Part shown: positions 28,453-38,856 of the stretch, piece after piece
Layout of the letters: each line of letters begins with the position of its first letter
Position numbering within the stretch: the stretch's first letter is position 1
From: Candidatus Poribacteria bacterium
GTDB lineage: Bacteria > Poribacteria > WGA-4E > PCPOR2b
DNA: 64,000 nt
NCBI GenBank assembly: GCA_965218095.1
Contig: OZ244587.1
Coordinates: forward strand, 4,765,203 to 4,829,202
Direction: 5' to 3'
Notes under the pieces: generated by a model
Told to the model about the DNA's origin: nothing
Databases searched by the model: none
The model's input: the letters and a program-made list of their open reading frames with translations, nothing else
Program-made: the position numbers and the translations under genes

Positions 28453-29559
28453 CTAAAGCAAGACATTTCTTAGCTCAGTTGCACGCAGGATCTTGCATCC
28501 ATCAACCTCTATCGGTTCTTCAGCACCCCTACCATGGATTTCCTCTTGTAAGCGTTTCCACAATCCATTATCGCAAAAGGCGTGAGGTAGTTTATCATCT
28601 ACTACGCCAAAAAATTCAAAGTGGTTTGCTATATCTTCGACAGTCCAACTGGGCAAATTGTTCTGCTGGATGGAAAGGGCGATGGGGTGAATCTGTTCAG
28701 CACTAGGAGGGTGAGACAAGGTAAGGTGTTTGAGGACTATTTCTTTCCCTCTTGCATGTATTTCTTCGAGTGTCTTGTTTACCCATTTCAGATAACAAAT
28801 TTGACCATATGTCCTCTTCAAAGACTGATACCACCCCATCTTATCAAACATGTGACTCATTATTTCCCGAGAGATTATGAATCTGTCAATATTCCTTTCC
28901 TCTTTTCGCCTGTGTTTTGAGATCTGCATCTTTCCATCAAAGACCAAAGGATCTGGCTTCTCGTGGTGTAATGCGTGACAATAAGCGCACATGACACTAT
29001 AGTGCTCTTGTATAAAATCCTCATCGTGAGGAGAAGTTTTATATATTTCATCCTCAATACCCTCGTTGTGGTGAACATGCCAGGTGAATGGACTGTTCTG
29101 CTCCCTTTCGCGACAATCCTTGCACATAGACTTTTTGTTTTTGTCCTCACTAAGGCAACTTTTTATTCTCTCTATAATTCGATCGTGGGTATAGAAGCCG
29201 GGCTCGTAATCCTCATATTTCAAATAACCACCCTCTAAAGTGTCGATAAAGTCAACTCCGTAAACATCTAAATCCAAAAGTTTGATCCTATACTGTTCTA
29301 TACTTAATGGCAGGATTGCCCTGACTATAAACACATGGGATTTAAAACGAATAGGCTTCAAATCCTTATAAAGGCTGATAGGGCTGTGACTAGTAGTTGC
29401 TTCAGCCTTTTTTATTGCTATTTTCTTGGCATCTGTATCACTCTCAGCTCGGATAGGCCATTTCTTCAAGCACTTAAAAGACTGTATTTCTTCCTCGCTT
29501 TCCAAATTTTCTTCCTTACTTGTAATAATTTTCTCAAGGATAGCCTCAAAAGACTTCAT
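28453..29559 (-). CDS. HNH endonuclease domain protein in an AT-rich islet
   Basis: CKDC...WHVHHNEGIEDE...MCAYCHALHH (CxxC...HH...N...CxxCH..H). The flanks at 28440-29800 are markedly AT-rich. Confidence 0.6.
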   Translation of the reverse strand: MKSFEAILEKIITSKEENLESEEEIQSFKCLKKWPIRAESDTDAKKIAIKKAEATTSHSPISLYKDLKPIRFKSHVFIVRAILPLSIEQYRIKLLDLDVYGVDFIDTLEGGYLKYEDYEPGFYTHDRIIERIKSCLSEDKNKKSMCKDCREREQNSPFTWHVHHNEGIEDEIYKTSPHDEDFIQEHYSVMCAYCHALHHEKPDPLVFDGKMQISKHRRKEERNIDRFIISREIMSHMFDKMGWYQSLKRTYGQICYLKWVNKTLEEIHARGKEIVLKHLTLSHPPSAEQIHPIALSIQQNNLPSWTVEDIANHFEFFGVVDDKLPHAFCDNGLWKRLQEEIHGRGAEEPIEVDGCKILRATELRNVLL

Positions 29560-29807
29560 TCTTTATTTCCTTTCAGTATTTACGCACTTAAGGTGTAAAG
29601 CAATTGATCCAGATAGACACCCACCCTAAATTATGCTGTATATTTTTTAAACGACAAATATATTTCGGAACGGGTATATTCGTTCCTTATTGGTTCAGTT
29701 TTGTTCGTAGCTTGGCATTTGTTGGAACGCTTTTTCCGTTCCGGTTCAAGGAACTGAATATCAAATTCCGCCCTTTCCCCACCAAACGATTGTCAATTTT
29801 TCACGCA

Positions 29808-31106
29808 TTACGTCGATCCAATCGTCTCAATACCACCCATGTAAGGCGTGAGAACTTCTGGAATGCGAATACTTCCATCTTCCTGCTGATACGTTTCGAG
29901 GATTGCGATAACCAATCGTGGTAGTGCGGTCCCTGATCCGTTGAGGGTATGAACAAATTCTGGTTTTGCGCCTAGTTCACGACGGAAGCGGATATTTGCG
30001 CGACGCGCTTGGAAGTTTTCAAAGTTGCTGCACGACGAGATTTCCAGACTGAACTTTTCCTCCGTAACCGCCCATAATTCAATATCGTAACATTTTGCAG
30101 CAGCAAACGTCAGTTCGGCTGTACAGTGTTGGACGATCCGGTAGGGAAGCCCTAGGGCTTGTAAAACATCTTCAGCATCGGTCAGTAGCGATTCATGTTC
30201 ATCGTAAGACGTTTCAGGGAGGGTAAACTTCACCATTTCGACCTTATCGAACTGATGGATACGCTGCAATCCCCGTGTTTCACGGCCGTAAGAACCTGCC
30301 TCACGACGGAAACAGGGCGTGTATGCAGTATAGTAGATTGGGAGATTTCTGCCCTCTAAAATTTCCTCAGCAAAGATGTTGGTGACAGGAACTTCAGCCG
30401 TTGGAATGAGAAAGAGATCGCCGGCTTCGTCCGCTTTGTTCCGGTCGCATCGGTACATATCCTCCTCAAACTTGGGCAACTGTCCCGTGCCGGTCATCGC
30501 CGGACGGTTGGCAACAAAAGGAGGGGAGATTTCGGTGTAGCCGTGTAGGGTAATGTGCATATCAAGCATGAAGCTGATGAGCGCACGCTCCAGTTTCGCA
30601 CCTAACCCCTTGAACAACACAAAGTTGCTGCCGGCCAGCTTTGTGCCCCGCTGAAAGTCGATGATATCCAACGCCTCTGCAAGCTCCCAGTGGAGTTTTG
30701 GTTCAAAATCGAAGGTTCGGATTTCTCCCCATTGCTTAATTTCAGGGTTATCCGCTTCGCTGCTCCCGATCGGTGTACTTGAATGCGGCATGTTCGGAAT
30801 GTTCATCAAAATCTCATCCACTTCATTTTTATAGATTTGCGCCTGCTCATTCAACGTCTTGATCTTCTGAGAGACGTTTTTCATCTCAGCAATCTGATCG
30901 GAGGCATCCTGCTTGTTTCTCTTGAGTTGAGCGATTTCCTTTGAAATTGTGTTTTGATAGCTTCTTAACGACTCCACCTCCCCCAACAGTGTACGCCATT
31001 TGCGGTCAGCCTCAATGAGTTGATCTAACGGCACTGTCATCCGCCGATGTGCTAACATCGCTCGCACCACATCGGGGTTTTCGCGAATGAATTTGAGATC
31101 TAACAC
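29808..31106 (-). CDS. serS: Serine--tRNA ligase
   Basis: [12 protein letters not shown]... N-terminal coiled coil. Class II aaRS core. 432 aa. Confidence 0.9.
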   Translation of the reverse strand: MLDLKFIRENPDVVRAMLAHRRMTVPLDQLIEADRKWRTLLGEVESLRSYQNTISKEIAQLKRNKQDASDQIAEMKNVSQKIKTLNEQAQIYKNEVDEILMNIPNMPHSSTPIGSSEADNPEIKQWGEIRTFDFEPKLHWELAEALDIIDFQRGTKLAGSNFVLFKGLGAKLERALISFMLDMHITLHGYTEISPPFVANRPAMTGTGQLPKFEEDMYRCDRNKADEAGDLFLIPTAEVPVTNIFAEEILEGRNLPIYYTAYTPCFRREAGSYGRETRGLQRIHQFDKVEMVKFTLPETSYDEHESLLTDAEDVLQALGLPYRIVQHCTAELTFAAAKCYDIELWAVTEEKFSLEISSCSNFENFQARRANIRFRRELGAKPEFVHTLNGSGTALPRLVIAILETYQQEDGSIRIPEVLTPYMGGIETIGST

Positions 31107-31147
31107 GAGAATAACCTCCTTCTGAGACCTTCGATCTGTAGATATGA

Positions 31148-31186
31148 AAAAGCCACAGATTGCTCAAAAACAACCTGTGGCTTTAA
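31148..31186 (-). terminator. Rho-independent terminator downstream of the tRNA genes (minus strand)
   Basis: Minus strand reads AAAGCCACAGgttgtttttgagcaatCTGTGGCTTTTTCAT. Confidence 0.5.
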
Positions 31187-31188
31187 AA

Positions 31189-31264
31189 CGGACCCGACGG
31201 GATTTGAACCCGCGATCTTCTGCGTGACAGGCAGATGTGTTAAGCCAGGCTACACTACGGATCC
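31189..31264 (-). tRNA. tRNA-Asp (anticodon GTC)
   Basis: Minus strand reads GGATCCGTAGTGTAGCCTGGCTTAACACATCTGCCTGTCACGCAGAAGATCGCGGGTTCAAATCCCGTCGGGTCCG. Cloverleaf with anticodon loop CTGTCAC. CCA is not encoded. Confidence 0.85.
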
Positions 31265-31283
31265 GAGTAAGGATTTCAATTTT

Positions 31284-31360
31284 TGGTAGGCGGGACAGGG
31301 CTTGAACCTGTGACCTACGGCTTGTAAGGCCGTCGCTCTGGCCAACTGAGCTACCCGCCC
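31284..31360 (-). tRNA. tRNA-Val (anticodon TAC); CCA is encoded
   Basis: Minus strand reads GGGCGGGTAGCTCAGTTGGCCAGAGCGACGGCCTTACAAGCCGTAGGTCACAGGTTCAAGCCCTGTCCCGCCTACCA. Confidence 0.8.
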
Positions 31361-31610
31361 AAAATCCACGACCTTCCAGAAAAGCCCATAGAGTATATAA
31401 CACAAAGAGACATTTGTCAAGAGGAAAAGTCGTTTTTCCCAGACGGACAAGAAGGTTGACACCAGTGAATTTTTCGTTGATTTTTCGTTGGGACGTGAGT
31501 AAAATGGCAAGTAGATGCTGAATTTGTAGGCTCGGCGCAATCGATCCAAGTTGAGTTGGAAAAAATTGGGGATTGAAATCGGAAGGATCAACGAATCAGC
31601 AAGTTACATC

Positions 31611-32390
31611 TCACGCATCATCCTTCGCGCTTTTCGGTTTTATAAATGACTGCAATAAATCGATCGGTAATGGAAAAATCAGCGTAGAGTTTTTCTCGGC
31701 GGACACTTCAATCAGAGCTTGTAAATAGCGGAGTTGGATACCGATTGGATTTTTGCTTAAAGTCATCGCGGCTTCCGTTAAGGCTGCCGACGATTCCAAT
31801 TCTCCCGTTGCGTGTGTCAATTTTGCGCGACGTTCCCGTTCTGCTTCCGCCTGTTTCGCCATCGCACGCTGCATTTCCGCAGGCAGATCAACATGTTTAA
31901 TCTCCATAGCAATGACGTTGATTCCCCACGCTTCGCTGTGGTTTCTGATAATCTCCTCCAGATCATGATTTAGTTTTTCGCGCTCAGACAGGAGATCATC
32001 GAGTTCTGCGCGTCCGAGAACACTCCGAAGGGTTGTCTGTGCGAGTTGAGTAATTGCAAACCCAAAATCCTCTACCTCAACCACCGCTTTCGCTGCGTCT
32101 ACGATACGGAATGTCAAAACTGCGTTCACGCTCACAGAGACGTTGTCCTTGGTGATCACGTCCTGCGGTGTAACATCCTGTACGATGGCGCGCAAACTCA
32201 TACGCTGCATCCGCTCGATCCAGAATGGAATCAGCCATATCCACCCGGGCCCCCTCACGCTGACTAAACGCCCGAGTCGAAAAACAACGGCTCGCTCATA
32301 TTCTTTGAGGATACGTACAGAGGTCATCATTGCTATGATGCCAACGACCATTGCGATTCCCATTTCATTCATAAAGTTGATTTGCGGCAT
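31611..32390 (-). CDS. SPFH/band-7 (stomatin-like) membrane protein
   Basis: N-terminal TM helix. SPFH core (VVFRLGRL...). C-terminal coiled coil. Confidence 0.8.
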   Translation of the reverse strand: MPQINFMNEMGIAMVVGIIAMMTSVRILKEYERAVVFRLGRLVSVRGPGWIWLIPFWIERMQRMSLRAIVQDVTPQDVITKDNVSVSVNAVLTFRIVDAAKAVVEVEDFGFAITQLAQTTLRSVLGRAELDDLLSEREKLNHDLEEIIRNHSEAWGINVIAMEIKHVDLPAEMQRAMAKQAEAERERRAKLTHATGELESSAALTEAAMTLSKNPIGIQLRYLQALIEVSAEKNSTLIFPLPIDLLQSFIKPKSAKDDA

Positions 32391-32441
32391 TTATCTCTCC
32401 TTACTCTCTAATTTATTGGAAATAACAAGCCTAATTCAGTA

Positions 32442-33395
32442 TTATCCCTCTTCTTTGAGTTTTCTTGCATATATTGCCCAAAGGGCAAAACAGGTGGTTT
32501 GTAAATTCGCCGTTGGCTGTTCCAGTTCAATAGGAGTTGAGCTGACATAGCTTCCATCTTCCTGTTGGACACGTCTCAGATACCCGATTGCGACCTTATC
32601 GGCGTTCAAGGGATCTTCCCCGATCACCAGTGCCAGAGTGGCATAAGCCGTAATTTCCGGATCGCTTGGTTCCCCCTTCCACTTGCCGAACCCGCCATCC
32701 TCATTCTGCATCTGTTTCAACCACACGAGTTGCTCATTGATATCATAAACGAGCGGTAATGCCTGCAACACCCATGACGTAACTAGAACATCGGATCTCA
32801 GCCCACGACCTATTGACCAGCCGCCATCTATATTGATGAGACCGGCAAGCCAATCAGCAGCTTTGGGGACAGGGGAAAACTTCTTGTTGAAGCCAAGTTG
32901 GCCTAGCCCTGCCAAAACGGCCGCTGTATAGAGCGGATTGCCGGGTCGGTACATTTCACGGCCCCAACTTCCATCTTCGTTTTGTGCTTCCTTAATCCAT
33001 TTGAGCCCTTTAAGCCGGGCGTCCGGATCTGTCTCGGCGCGAGTTAGCGCGATTAAGGCGAAAATGGTGTGGGCGGTATTTCCGTTCCAGCTTCCATCTG
33101 CTTTCTGATGCTTTATTAAATAGCTTACCCCTCGACGGATGAGGCTTGAGCCTGTGCCCCACCCTTTTAGCATCAGCACCTGCATCGCCATAGCGGTAAT
33201 CTCAACATCACTTTCTTCACCGGGGATAAGGGGCCAACCGCCGTCGGGATTCTGGTGTTCGACGATATACGATGAAGCAAATTTAAGGGTCTCATAAATC
33301 GATTCCGCAGCTATCCCCGCTGTTGAGTGGAAACTCAACGAAACAAGCAGTAAACAGACCCACAATTTACGGATAACATATCGAAGTATTTTCAT
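32442..33395 (-). CDS. Secreted protein with prenyltransferase/squalene-oxidase-like repeats
   Basis: Signal peptide. Repeated Q(N)xDGGW/DGSW units. Confidence 0.55.
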   Translation of the reverse strand: MKILRYVIRKLWVCLLLVSLSFHSTAGIAAESIYETLKFASSYIVEHQNPDGGWPLIPGEESDVEITAMAMQVLMLKGWGTGSSLIRRGVSYLIKHQKADGSWNGNTAHTIFALIALTRAETDPDARLKGLKWIKEAQNEDGSWGREMYRPGNPLYTAAVLAGLGQLGFNKKFSPVPKAADWLAGLINIDGGWSIGRGLRSDVLVTSWVLQALPLVYDINEQLVWLKQMQNEDGGFGKWKGEPSDPEITAYATLALVIGEDPLNADKVAIGYLRRVQQEDGSYVSSTPIELEQPTANLQTTCFALWAIYARKLKEEG

Positions 33396-33490
33396 TGGTT
33401 CTCTTGGTGTTGCTTTTTGCTGATGGAATTGGTTAAACTGGGAGTGATTGGTGAGCGGGCACTAACCACTCCACCACTTGCCACTCTACC

Positions 33491-34615
33491 TCACTGATGT
33501 GGCTCAATAACAACCTTATAGACCCCTTCTTGACCAAGTATCTGGATGCCTTCCTCCAGGCGAGTCAAGGGGAGATGATGGGTAATCAAATCCTTCAGGG
33601 GCGCATGGGTTCGCTCTAAAAAATCTAAGGCGGTTTGGAATTGAATCTGCGGATATGCCCACACACCACAGATATCGAGATCTTTATTGCAGATTTGATG
33701 TGGACGCACTTGAATGGAACCCGAATCGGTATAGTGTCCCACCTCAATCACCTTTCCACCACGTCGCACGACATCCAGAGCTTCGGCGAAAACGCCCGGC
33801 AGCCCGGCACATTCGATCGCGATGTCCGCCCCGGTGCCGTGCGTCAGATCTTGAACTTGCTCAAGGCGTTCTTCAGCGGAGGTTTTGGCGACGTTGAGAA
33901 CGACATCCGCCCCCATATTTTTTGCCATGTCCAGACGGCTGTCCACAATATCTGTGGCGATAATTGTGCCAGCTCCCGTGCTGCGGAGAACCGCAATCAC
34001 GAGGAGCCCAATCGGACCGCAACCGAGAACTGCAACGCTATTCCCAATCCCGTACCCCGCCCCAACTTGCGGGATGCCCGGCGCACATGCACGCTCCACA
34101 GCACGGGTCGCCACAGCGACCGGCTCCGTTAAAACTCGCAGTTCTTCAGGGATGCTCTCTGGCACCTTAAAAACCCAGGAGTTACCGTGGATGTAGGTAT
34201 ATTCAGCAAACTCCCCTGTCAGGTGGGGTGGGTTCTCACAGTTGCTGAACCCGTAGATCGTTCGATTTGTGCACAACGTCGGACGGTGTGGGAAACGTAA
34301 ACAGTAATAACACCTCTCACAGTTTTTCGACCCGGGCACCACAGTAATCCGATCGCCTTCTTGAATCGGGCCGCCCATCACATGCATCACCTGATTTGCA
34401 TCTTTGCCAATTTCGGCGATGGTGCCAACGACTTCGTGTCCCGGAATCACCGGAAAGTTTAGATTCGTATGACCGAGATACATATGCTTGTCGCTGCCAC
34501 AAATCCCAACCTGATCTACTTGAAGCAGCAACGCGTCGTTGGCAGGCGCCGGTTTTTCAAATTCACGGATTTCGATCTGTCCCGGCTCTGGCATCACCGC
34601 AGCCTGTACTTGCAT
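33491..34615 (-). CDS. Zinc-dependent alcohol dehydrogenase (MDR family)
   Basis: GHEVVGTIAEIG catalytic zinc motif. Structural-zinc Cys cluster (C..C..C..C). Rossmann motif VLGCGPIG. Confidence 0.85.
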   Translation of the reverse strand: MQVQAAVMPEPGQIEIREFEKPAPANDALLLQVDQVGICGSDKHMYLGHTNLNFPVIPGHEVVGTIAEIGKDANQVMHVMGGPIQEGDRITVVPGSKNCERCYYCLRFPHRPTLCTNRTIYGFSNCENPPHLTGEFAEYTYIHGNSWVFKVPESIPEELRVLTEPVAVATRAVERACAPGIPQVGAGYGIGNSVAVLGCGPIGLLVIAVLRSTGAGTIIATDIVDSRLDMAKNMGADVVLNVAKTSAEERLEQVQDLTHGTGADIAIECAGLPGVFAEALDVVRRGGKVIEVGHYTDSGSIQVRPHQICNKDLDICGVWAYPQIQFQTALDFLERTHAPLKDLITHHLPLTRLEEGIQILGQEGVYKVVIEPHQ

Positions 34616-35082
34616 TTTGAGAACTCCTTTTTAAGCCTTAACCCGATTTGGGCTTGCAATCTCGTATGATGACGCAATCGCCCCTCCCCTTTTGTATTCT
34701 TCGACAAAGAGGAAAAGACAGGTAAGAAGCATTGAGGTTTACGAGCCATCGGCTTCAGGTACAATCACCACTCTTCCACCTAACATAGATATTATGGCAT
34801 ATTATATGGGGTGTGTTCAAGGATAAAACGCAAAATGCTGATGAAATCAAGTCGTACACCGTTAAATAAATCTTGATGATAGTTATTTCGCTGTAGGTCA
34901 ATTTTCCAAAATTGACTCTCTGAAATCGCGTCGAGATTGGAATCTCGACCTACTGTTAAAACATAATTTACAGTGTAATACTACACGTTGGCGGAAATAA
35001 TGACCCCACTTTTATGCTAAACCTTCCGAACCGAGAATGAAACGGCCCCGGCCAGAGTGATTCCCGCTTGTGGAAACTATTA

Positions 35083-35238
35083 TAACCTGAGTTGCTAGTA
35101 TCATAGAGAAACCGAGTTTTTCACTTTCAGATTGTCTGATTTAGGGAAAATCAGTTGTATTTTTCCCTAAATCGTGTTCCTTATCTATAAAAAACTCGGT
35201 TTCTGACGCTTGCTTTATCAACTAGCAACTTGCGTTAT
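35083..35238. mobile_element. MITE-like palindromic element, copy A (about 155 bp, imperfect terminal inverted repeats)
   Basis: Identical, as a reverse complement, to 44766-44920. Nested internal inverted repeats (AGTTGCTAGT/ACTAGCAACT; GAAACCGAGTTTTT/AAAAACTCGGTTTC; TTTAGGGAAAA/TTTTCCCTAAA). Confidence 0.75.
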
Positions 35239-35303
35239 TATATAGAGTATGATACGCCGTTATGCACGAATCAGACTCATTTCATCCGATTGAGAGGAAA
35301 TGC

Positions 35304-35640
35304 TATGCAAAATTCATCAAGCTGCGGCGCAATTCTCATTGTCATTGATGGCTGCCGTCCCGGTGGTATCCAGCAAGCCAATACACCAAGACTCTCTTAG
35401 ATCGCCATTTTATCCTCGTCTAGAGCGATCATGGTGGGCACGAAAAAAGTCACGGCACAGATCTCCCTGAAGATTTGACGATTCCGCGGATTGCGGCCGG
35501 AGCGAAGGTCTCACCGATCGGTGAGATCAAGCAGCCGGTGCGTATTATTGACACCGCATTGACGCTTGCTCACGTTCTGGATGTGCTGTTTTCGGAGAAA
35601 CGGGAGGGACACCCGATTATGCGAATCTTTTGACTCGTGA
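35304..35640 (+). pseudogene. Remnant of an alkaline-phosphatase-superfamily gene; N- and C-terminal fragments in different frames
   Basis: N-terminal fragment MQNSSSCGAILIVIDGCRPGG... is followed by stops. A later frame reads ...PIGEIKQPVRIIDTALTLAHVLDV... like the C-terminus of an AlkP-family enzyme. Confidence 0.4.
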
Positions 35641-35864
35641 ATCTTCTGACGAACATCTGTTCAGGTCAAGTGAAAATCAAAAGTCCCTGAGACTAAAAAC
35701 ACAAAGTTTCAAAGGTATGAGCGTTTTGAGAGGTGAAAAAATAATTGAGTAAAAACCGAAATTCTGCTAAACTAATACCAATTTTCAATTCTGAACTGGT
35801 ATTATACTACGATTCAAACGCATCTTAACAATCACACATCTTAAAATCAGAAAGGGTAGGAGAT

Positions 35865-37157
35865 ATGCCGACCGATCTTGCACACCACATTCAAGCGACT
35901 GCTTTGGTCGACACACATGAACACCTGCGAAGGGAACCGGAGTGGCTGGAAAACGGACCCGACATTTTACAAGACCTGTTTGGGAATTACGTTCCCGCAG
36001 ACCTCAACACAGCAGGCGCATCGCCAGACGCGATGAAACGCTTGATGGATGCTTCAGATCCGGATATTGCCGGACGTTTCGAGGGTATTCAGGAGGCGTG
36101 GGAAGCGACGCAGTTCACCGGATACGGCGAAGCGGTGCGACTCATTGCGGAACATATCTACGGGATTGACGAACTCACCGGGGAAGGCCTTGAATCAGCG
36201 CAAGAGAAAATTAAAGTGCTACGCAAGCCCGGTGAACGCTATCGCCTGCTGCACGATGTCGCGAACCTAGATCATGTTCAAACTGACGACTTTTGTTGGC
36301 CCTGTACCCCGGATCATTCCGGGCTGGACTTCTTTCTCTATGACCTCTCATGGGCAGGATTTTGTAATGGACAGATCGATTCGGAGCAAATCCACGTCGA
36401 GACCGGCGTTGAAGTAAAAGATCTCAGAACGCTGAAACAGGGAATGGAAGCGATTTTCGCGAAGTATGCCCCTTGTGCGATTGCGGTGAAGGCGCAACAC
36501 GCCTACAACCGCACCCTCAATTGGATTGAACGGAACGACGTTGAGGCATCAGCCGCTCTCGGAAGAGTGCTGACTGCGCCTGAAGAGGAGATCAGCGTCG
36601 AAACTCGGCTCTGCTTGGGCGATTGGTGCTGGGCGCGGGGGGTTGAGTTGTCAATCGAACATAACCTCCCATTCAAGATCCATACCGGCTACTACGCGGG
36701 GAACGACCGAATGCCGGTACGTCGGATTCCTGCGGGGAATATGTGCGCGCTCTTTGGACGTTATCTAGACGCCACATTTGTCCTGATGCATATCGCCTAC
36801 CCCTACAACGATGAGCTCGTTGCACTGGCGAAGCACTATCGCAACATCTGGGTCGATCTTTGTTGGGCGTGGAGCATCGATCCGTACAGTTCCCGTGACT
36901 TTTTGCGTCGATTTCTGCACGCCGTCCCATCGAACAAGCTATTTGCGTTTGGCGGGGACACAGGCTGGCCCACAAGCTCGATGGCTTACGCGATCCAGGC
37001 GCGTAACGAGATTCGGCGCGCCCTTGAGGGGGAGATCGCGGACGGCTATATGACGGAAAAGAGTGCGATGCAAATCGCCACGCGCATCATGCGGGATAAT
37101 CAGTTCGCTTGCTTTGATGTCGAAGGGACACGGGCGAATATTCGCGCTGCTGCTTGA
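35865..37157 (+). CDS. Amidohydrolase-family metal-dependent hydrolase (TIM barrel)
   Basis: N-terminal VDTHEHL metal-binding motif. 430 aa. Confidence 0.65.
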   Translation: MPTDLAHHIQATALVDTHEHLRREPEWLENGPDILQDLFGNYVPADLNTAGASPDAMKRLMDASDPDIAGRFEGIQEAWEATQFTGYGEAVRLIAEHIYGIDELTGEGLESAQEKIKVLRKPGERYRLLHDVANLDHVQTDDFCWPCTPDHSGLDFFLYDLSWAGFCNGQIDSEQIHVETGVEVKDLRTLKQGMEAIFAKYAPCAIAVKAQHAYNRTLNWIERNDVEASAALGRVLTAPEEEISVETRLCLGDWCWARGVELSIEHNLPFKIHTGYYAGNDRMPVRRIPAGNMCALFGRYLDATFVLMHIAYPYNDELVALAKHYRNIWVDLCWAWSIDPYSSRDFLRRFLHAVPSNKLFAFGGDTGWPTSSMAYAIQARNEIRRALEGEIADGYMTEKSAMQIATRIMRDNQFACFDVEGTRANIRAAA

Positions 37158-37432
37158 ACAAATTAGGCTCAGATAACGCTGGTTATCGGCAGCGATTGTA
37201 AACATCAAGAATTCTAGGCAGGGTGAAAACTTGAACAAAAAAATCCCCAGTGATACAGTTCTCATCTTAAAGTGTGCCTATCTGTTTCAATGCCTTAGCT
37301 GCATTTTTACGAACCAAGTCATGTTGGTCTCTCAACGTATCTTTCAACGCAGGAATAGCTCTAGAGTCACCGTAGCATTTTCTCGTCTAAAATCGAATGA
37401 GTTATCACGCATTACACCTCACTCATCACGTT

Positions 37433-38698
37433 TCACTTCTTCCTCAGACAACACTGTTTGTACTTCTTGCCACTGCCGCAGGGACAGGGCGAATTACGGC
37501 CGACTTTCTGCGGGACTTCCACCTGTTCGGGGTGCATCAATGGCATAATGCTATCAGCGGGGCGTCCTGCTTGCAGCGCGGCAGCCATCATTTTCATCGG
37601 TCGGTCAGTGTGGTTGAAGAACATCTTATAGCCCGCGCAGAGATAGTTCAAACCGTCTTCGCCGCTTGGTGTTTTGATGAAACGGTTTTTCGGGCAGCCG
37701 CCGTTGCAGACGAAACGAACTTCGCAGTCCCGACAATACTGCGGCAAGGTGTCACGCTTGTCCGTCCCAAACTTCCGCTGGAATGGTGAGTCCACCAAGT
37801 CCTCCATCGGCGTGTCCATTACATTTCCGAGGAAGTATTCCGGATCAACGTAGTGATCACAAGAGTAGAGATCGCCGTTATGCTCAATTGCCATTGCGTT
37901 CCCGCAGGTCTCGTTGAAAATACATAAGCTCGGCTGATAGCCTAGCCAGCCTTCCAGGGCAACATCGAAGATCTGGACAAAGATCTTCCCAATATCGTTC
38001 ACAACCCACTCATCGAAGATTTCACAGAGGAATTTGCCGTACTGCTTCGCGTGTACCGAGCGATCTGTCACACCCCTCTCACCCACGCGCTCGACAGCGG
38101 GGATAAACTGCATGAACTGAACGCCAAGTTTCTTGAAGTAGTGGTACACCTCACGCGGATAATCTCCATTGTGGCTATTGACAACGCAGAGAACGTTATA
38201 ATCCACGTTATGCTTCTGTAGAAGCCGAAGTCCCCGAAGGACATCATCGGAGGAAGGCCTGCCCCTTTTGTCGTAGCGGTACTTATCGTGTAATTCAGGG
38301 GGTCCATCAATACTAATGCCGATCAGGAAGTTGTGCTGCTTGAAGAAAGTACACCATTCATCATTCAGGAGCGTGGCATTGGTCTGGAACGTATTCTGGA
38401 TGCGCATACCGGGGCGTCGGTATTTCTTCTGATATTCGACAGCGCGTCGGAAAAAGTCAACGCCCATCAACGTTGGTTCGCCGCCTTGCCAGGCGAAGGT
38501 AACTTCATTGACCTGCTGGGTTTCGATATATTGACGCACATAATTTTCCAGGACCGCATCAGTCATCCGAAATGAGTGCGTATTGGGGTAGAGTTGCTCT
38601 TTATCCAAATAGAAGCAATATTCGCAGTCCAGATTACAAATTGCCCCAATCGGTTTGGTCATCACATGAAACGCACGCGGGGTTTTGTATTCAATCAT
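37433..38698 (-). CDS. Radical SAM/SPASM maturase of the anaerobic sulfatase-maturating enzyme (anSME) type, with a C-terminal SEC-C metal-binding motif
   Basis: CNLDCEYCFY (CX3CX2C). Cys-rich SPASM region. Terminal SPCPCGSGKKYKQCC. Confidence 0.7.
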   Translation of the reverse strand: MIEYKTPRAFHVMTKPIGAICNLDCEYCFYLDKEQLYPNTHSFRMTDAVLENYVRQYIETQQVNEVTFAWQGGEPTLMGVDFFRRAVEYQKKYRRPGMRIQNTFQTNATLLNDEWCTFFKQHNFLIGISIDGPPELHDKYRYDKRGRPSSDDVLRGLRLLQKHNVDYNVLCVVNSHNGDYPREVYHYFKKLGVQFMQFIPAVERVGERGVTDRSVHAKQYGKFLCEIFDEWVVNDIGKIFVQIFDVALEGWLGYQPSLCIFNETCGNAMAIEHNGDLYSCDHYVDPEYFLGNVMDTPMEDLVDSPFQRKFGTDKRDTLPQYCRDCEVRFVCNGGCPKNRFIKTPSGEDGLNYLCAGYKMFFNHTDRPMKMMAAALQAGRPADSIMPLMHPEQVEVPQKVGRNSPCPCGSGKKYKQCCLRKK

Positions 38699-38856
38699 TT
38701 CATTTTATCCTTTGCTAAACATTGGTCGAGAGTCACCGCTACGTCAGCAGATAAGGGTCAACAACTTGCGCCACGCCGTACCAGCCATCAACAATACAGT
38801 GAGATTTTAACCAAGCCGGAGCAGGGATTAAGACAAAAGAAAAAACGCTGACCGAG

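Noticed and set aside
31164-31591. ORFs 31164..31403 and 31250..31591 on the minus strand
   Set aside because: They overlap the tRNA-Asp and tRNA-Val genes and their terminator, have no RBS and no protein-like composition. They are spurious.
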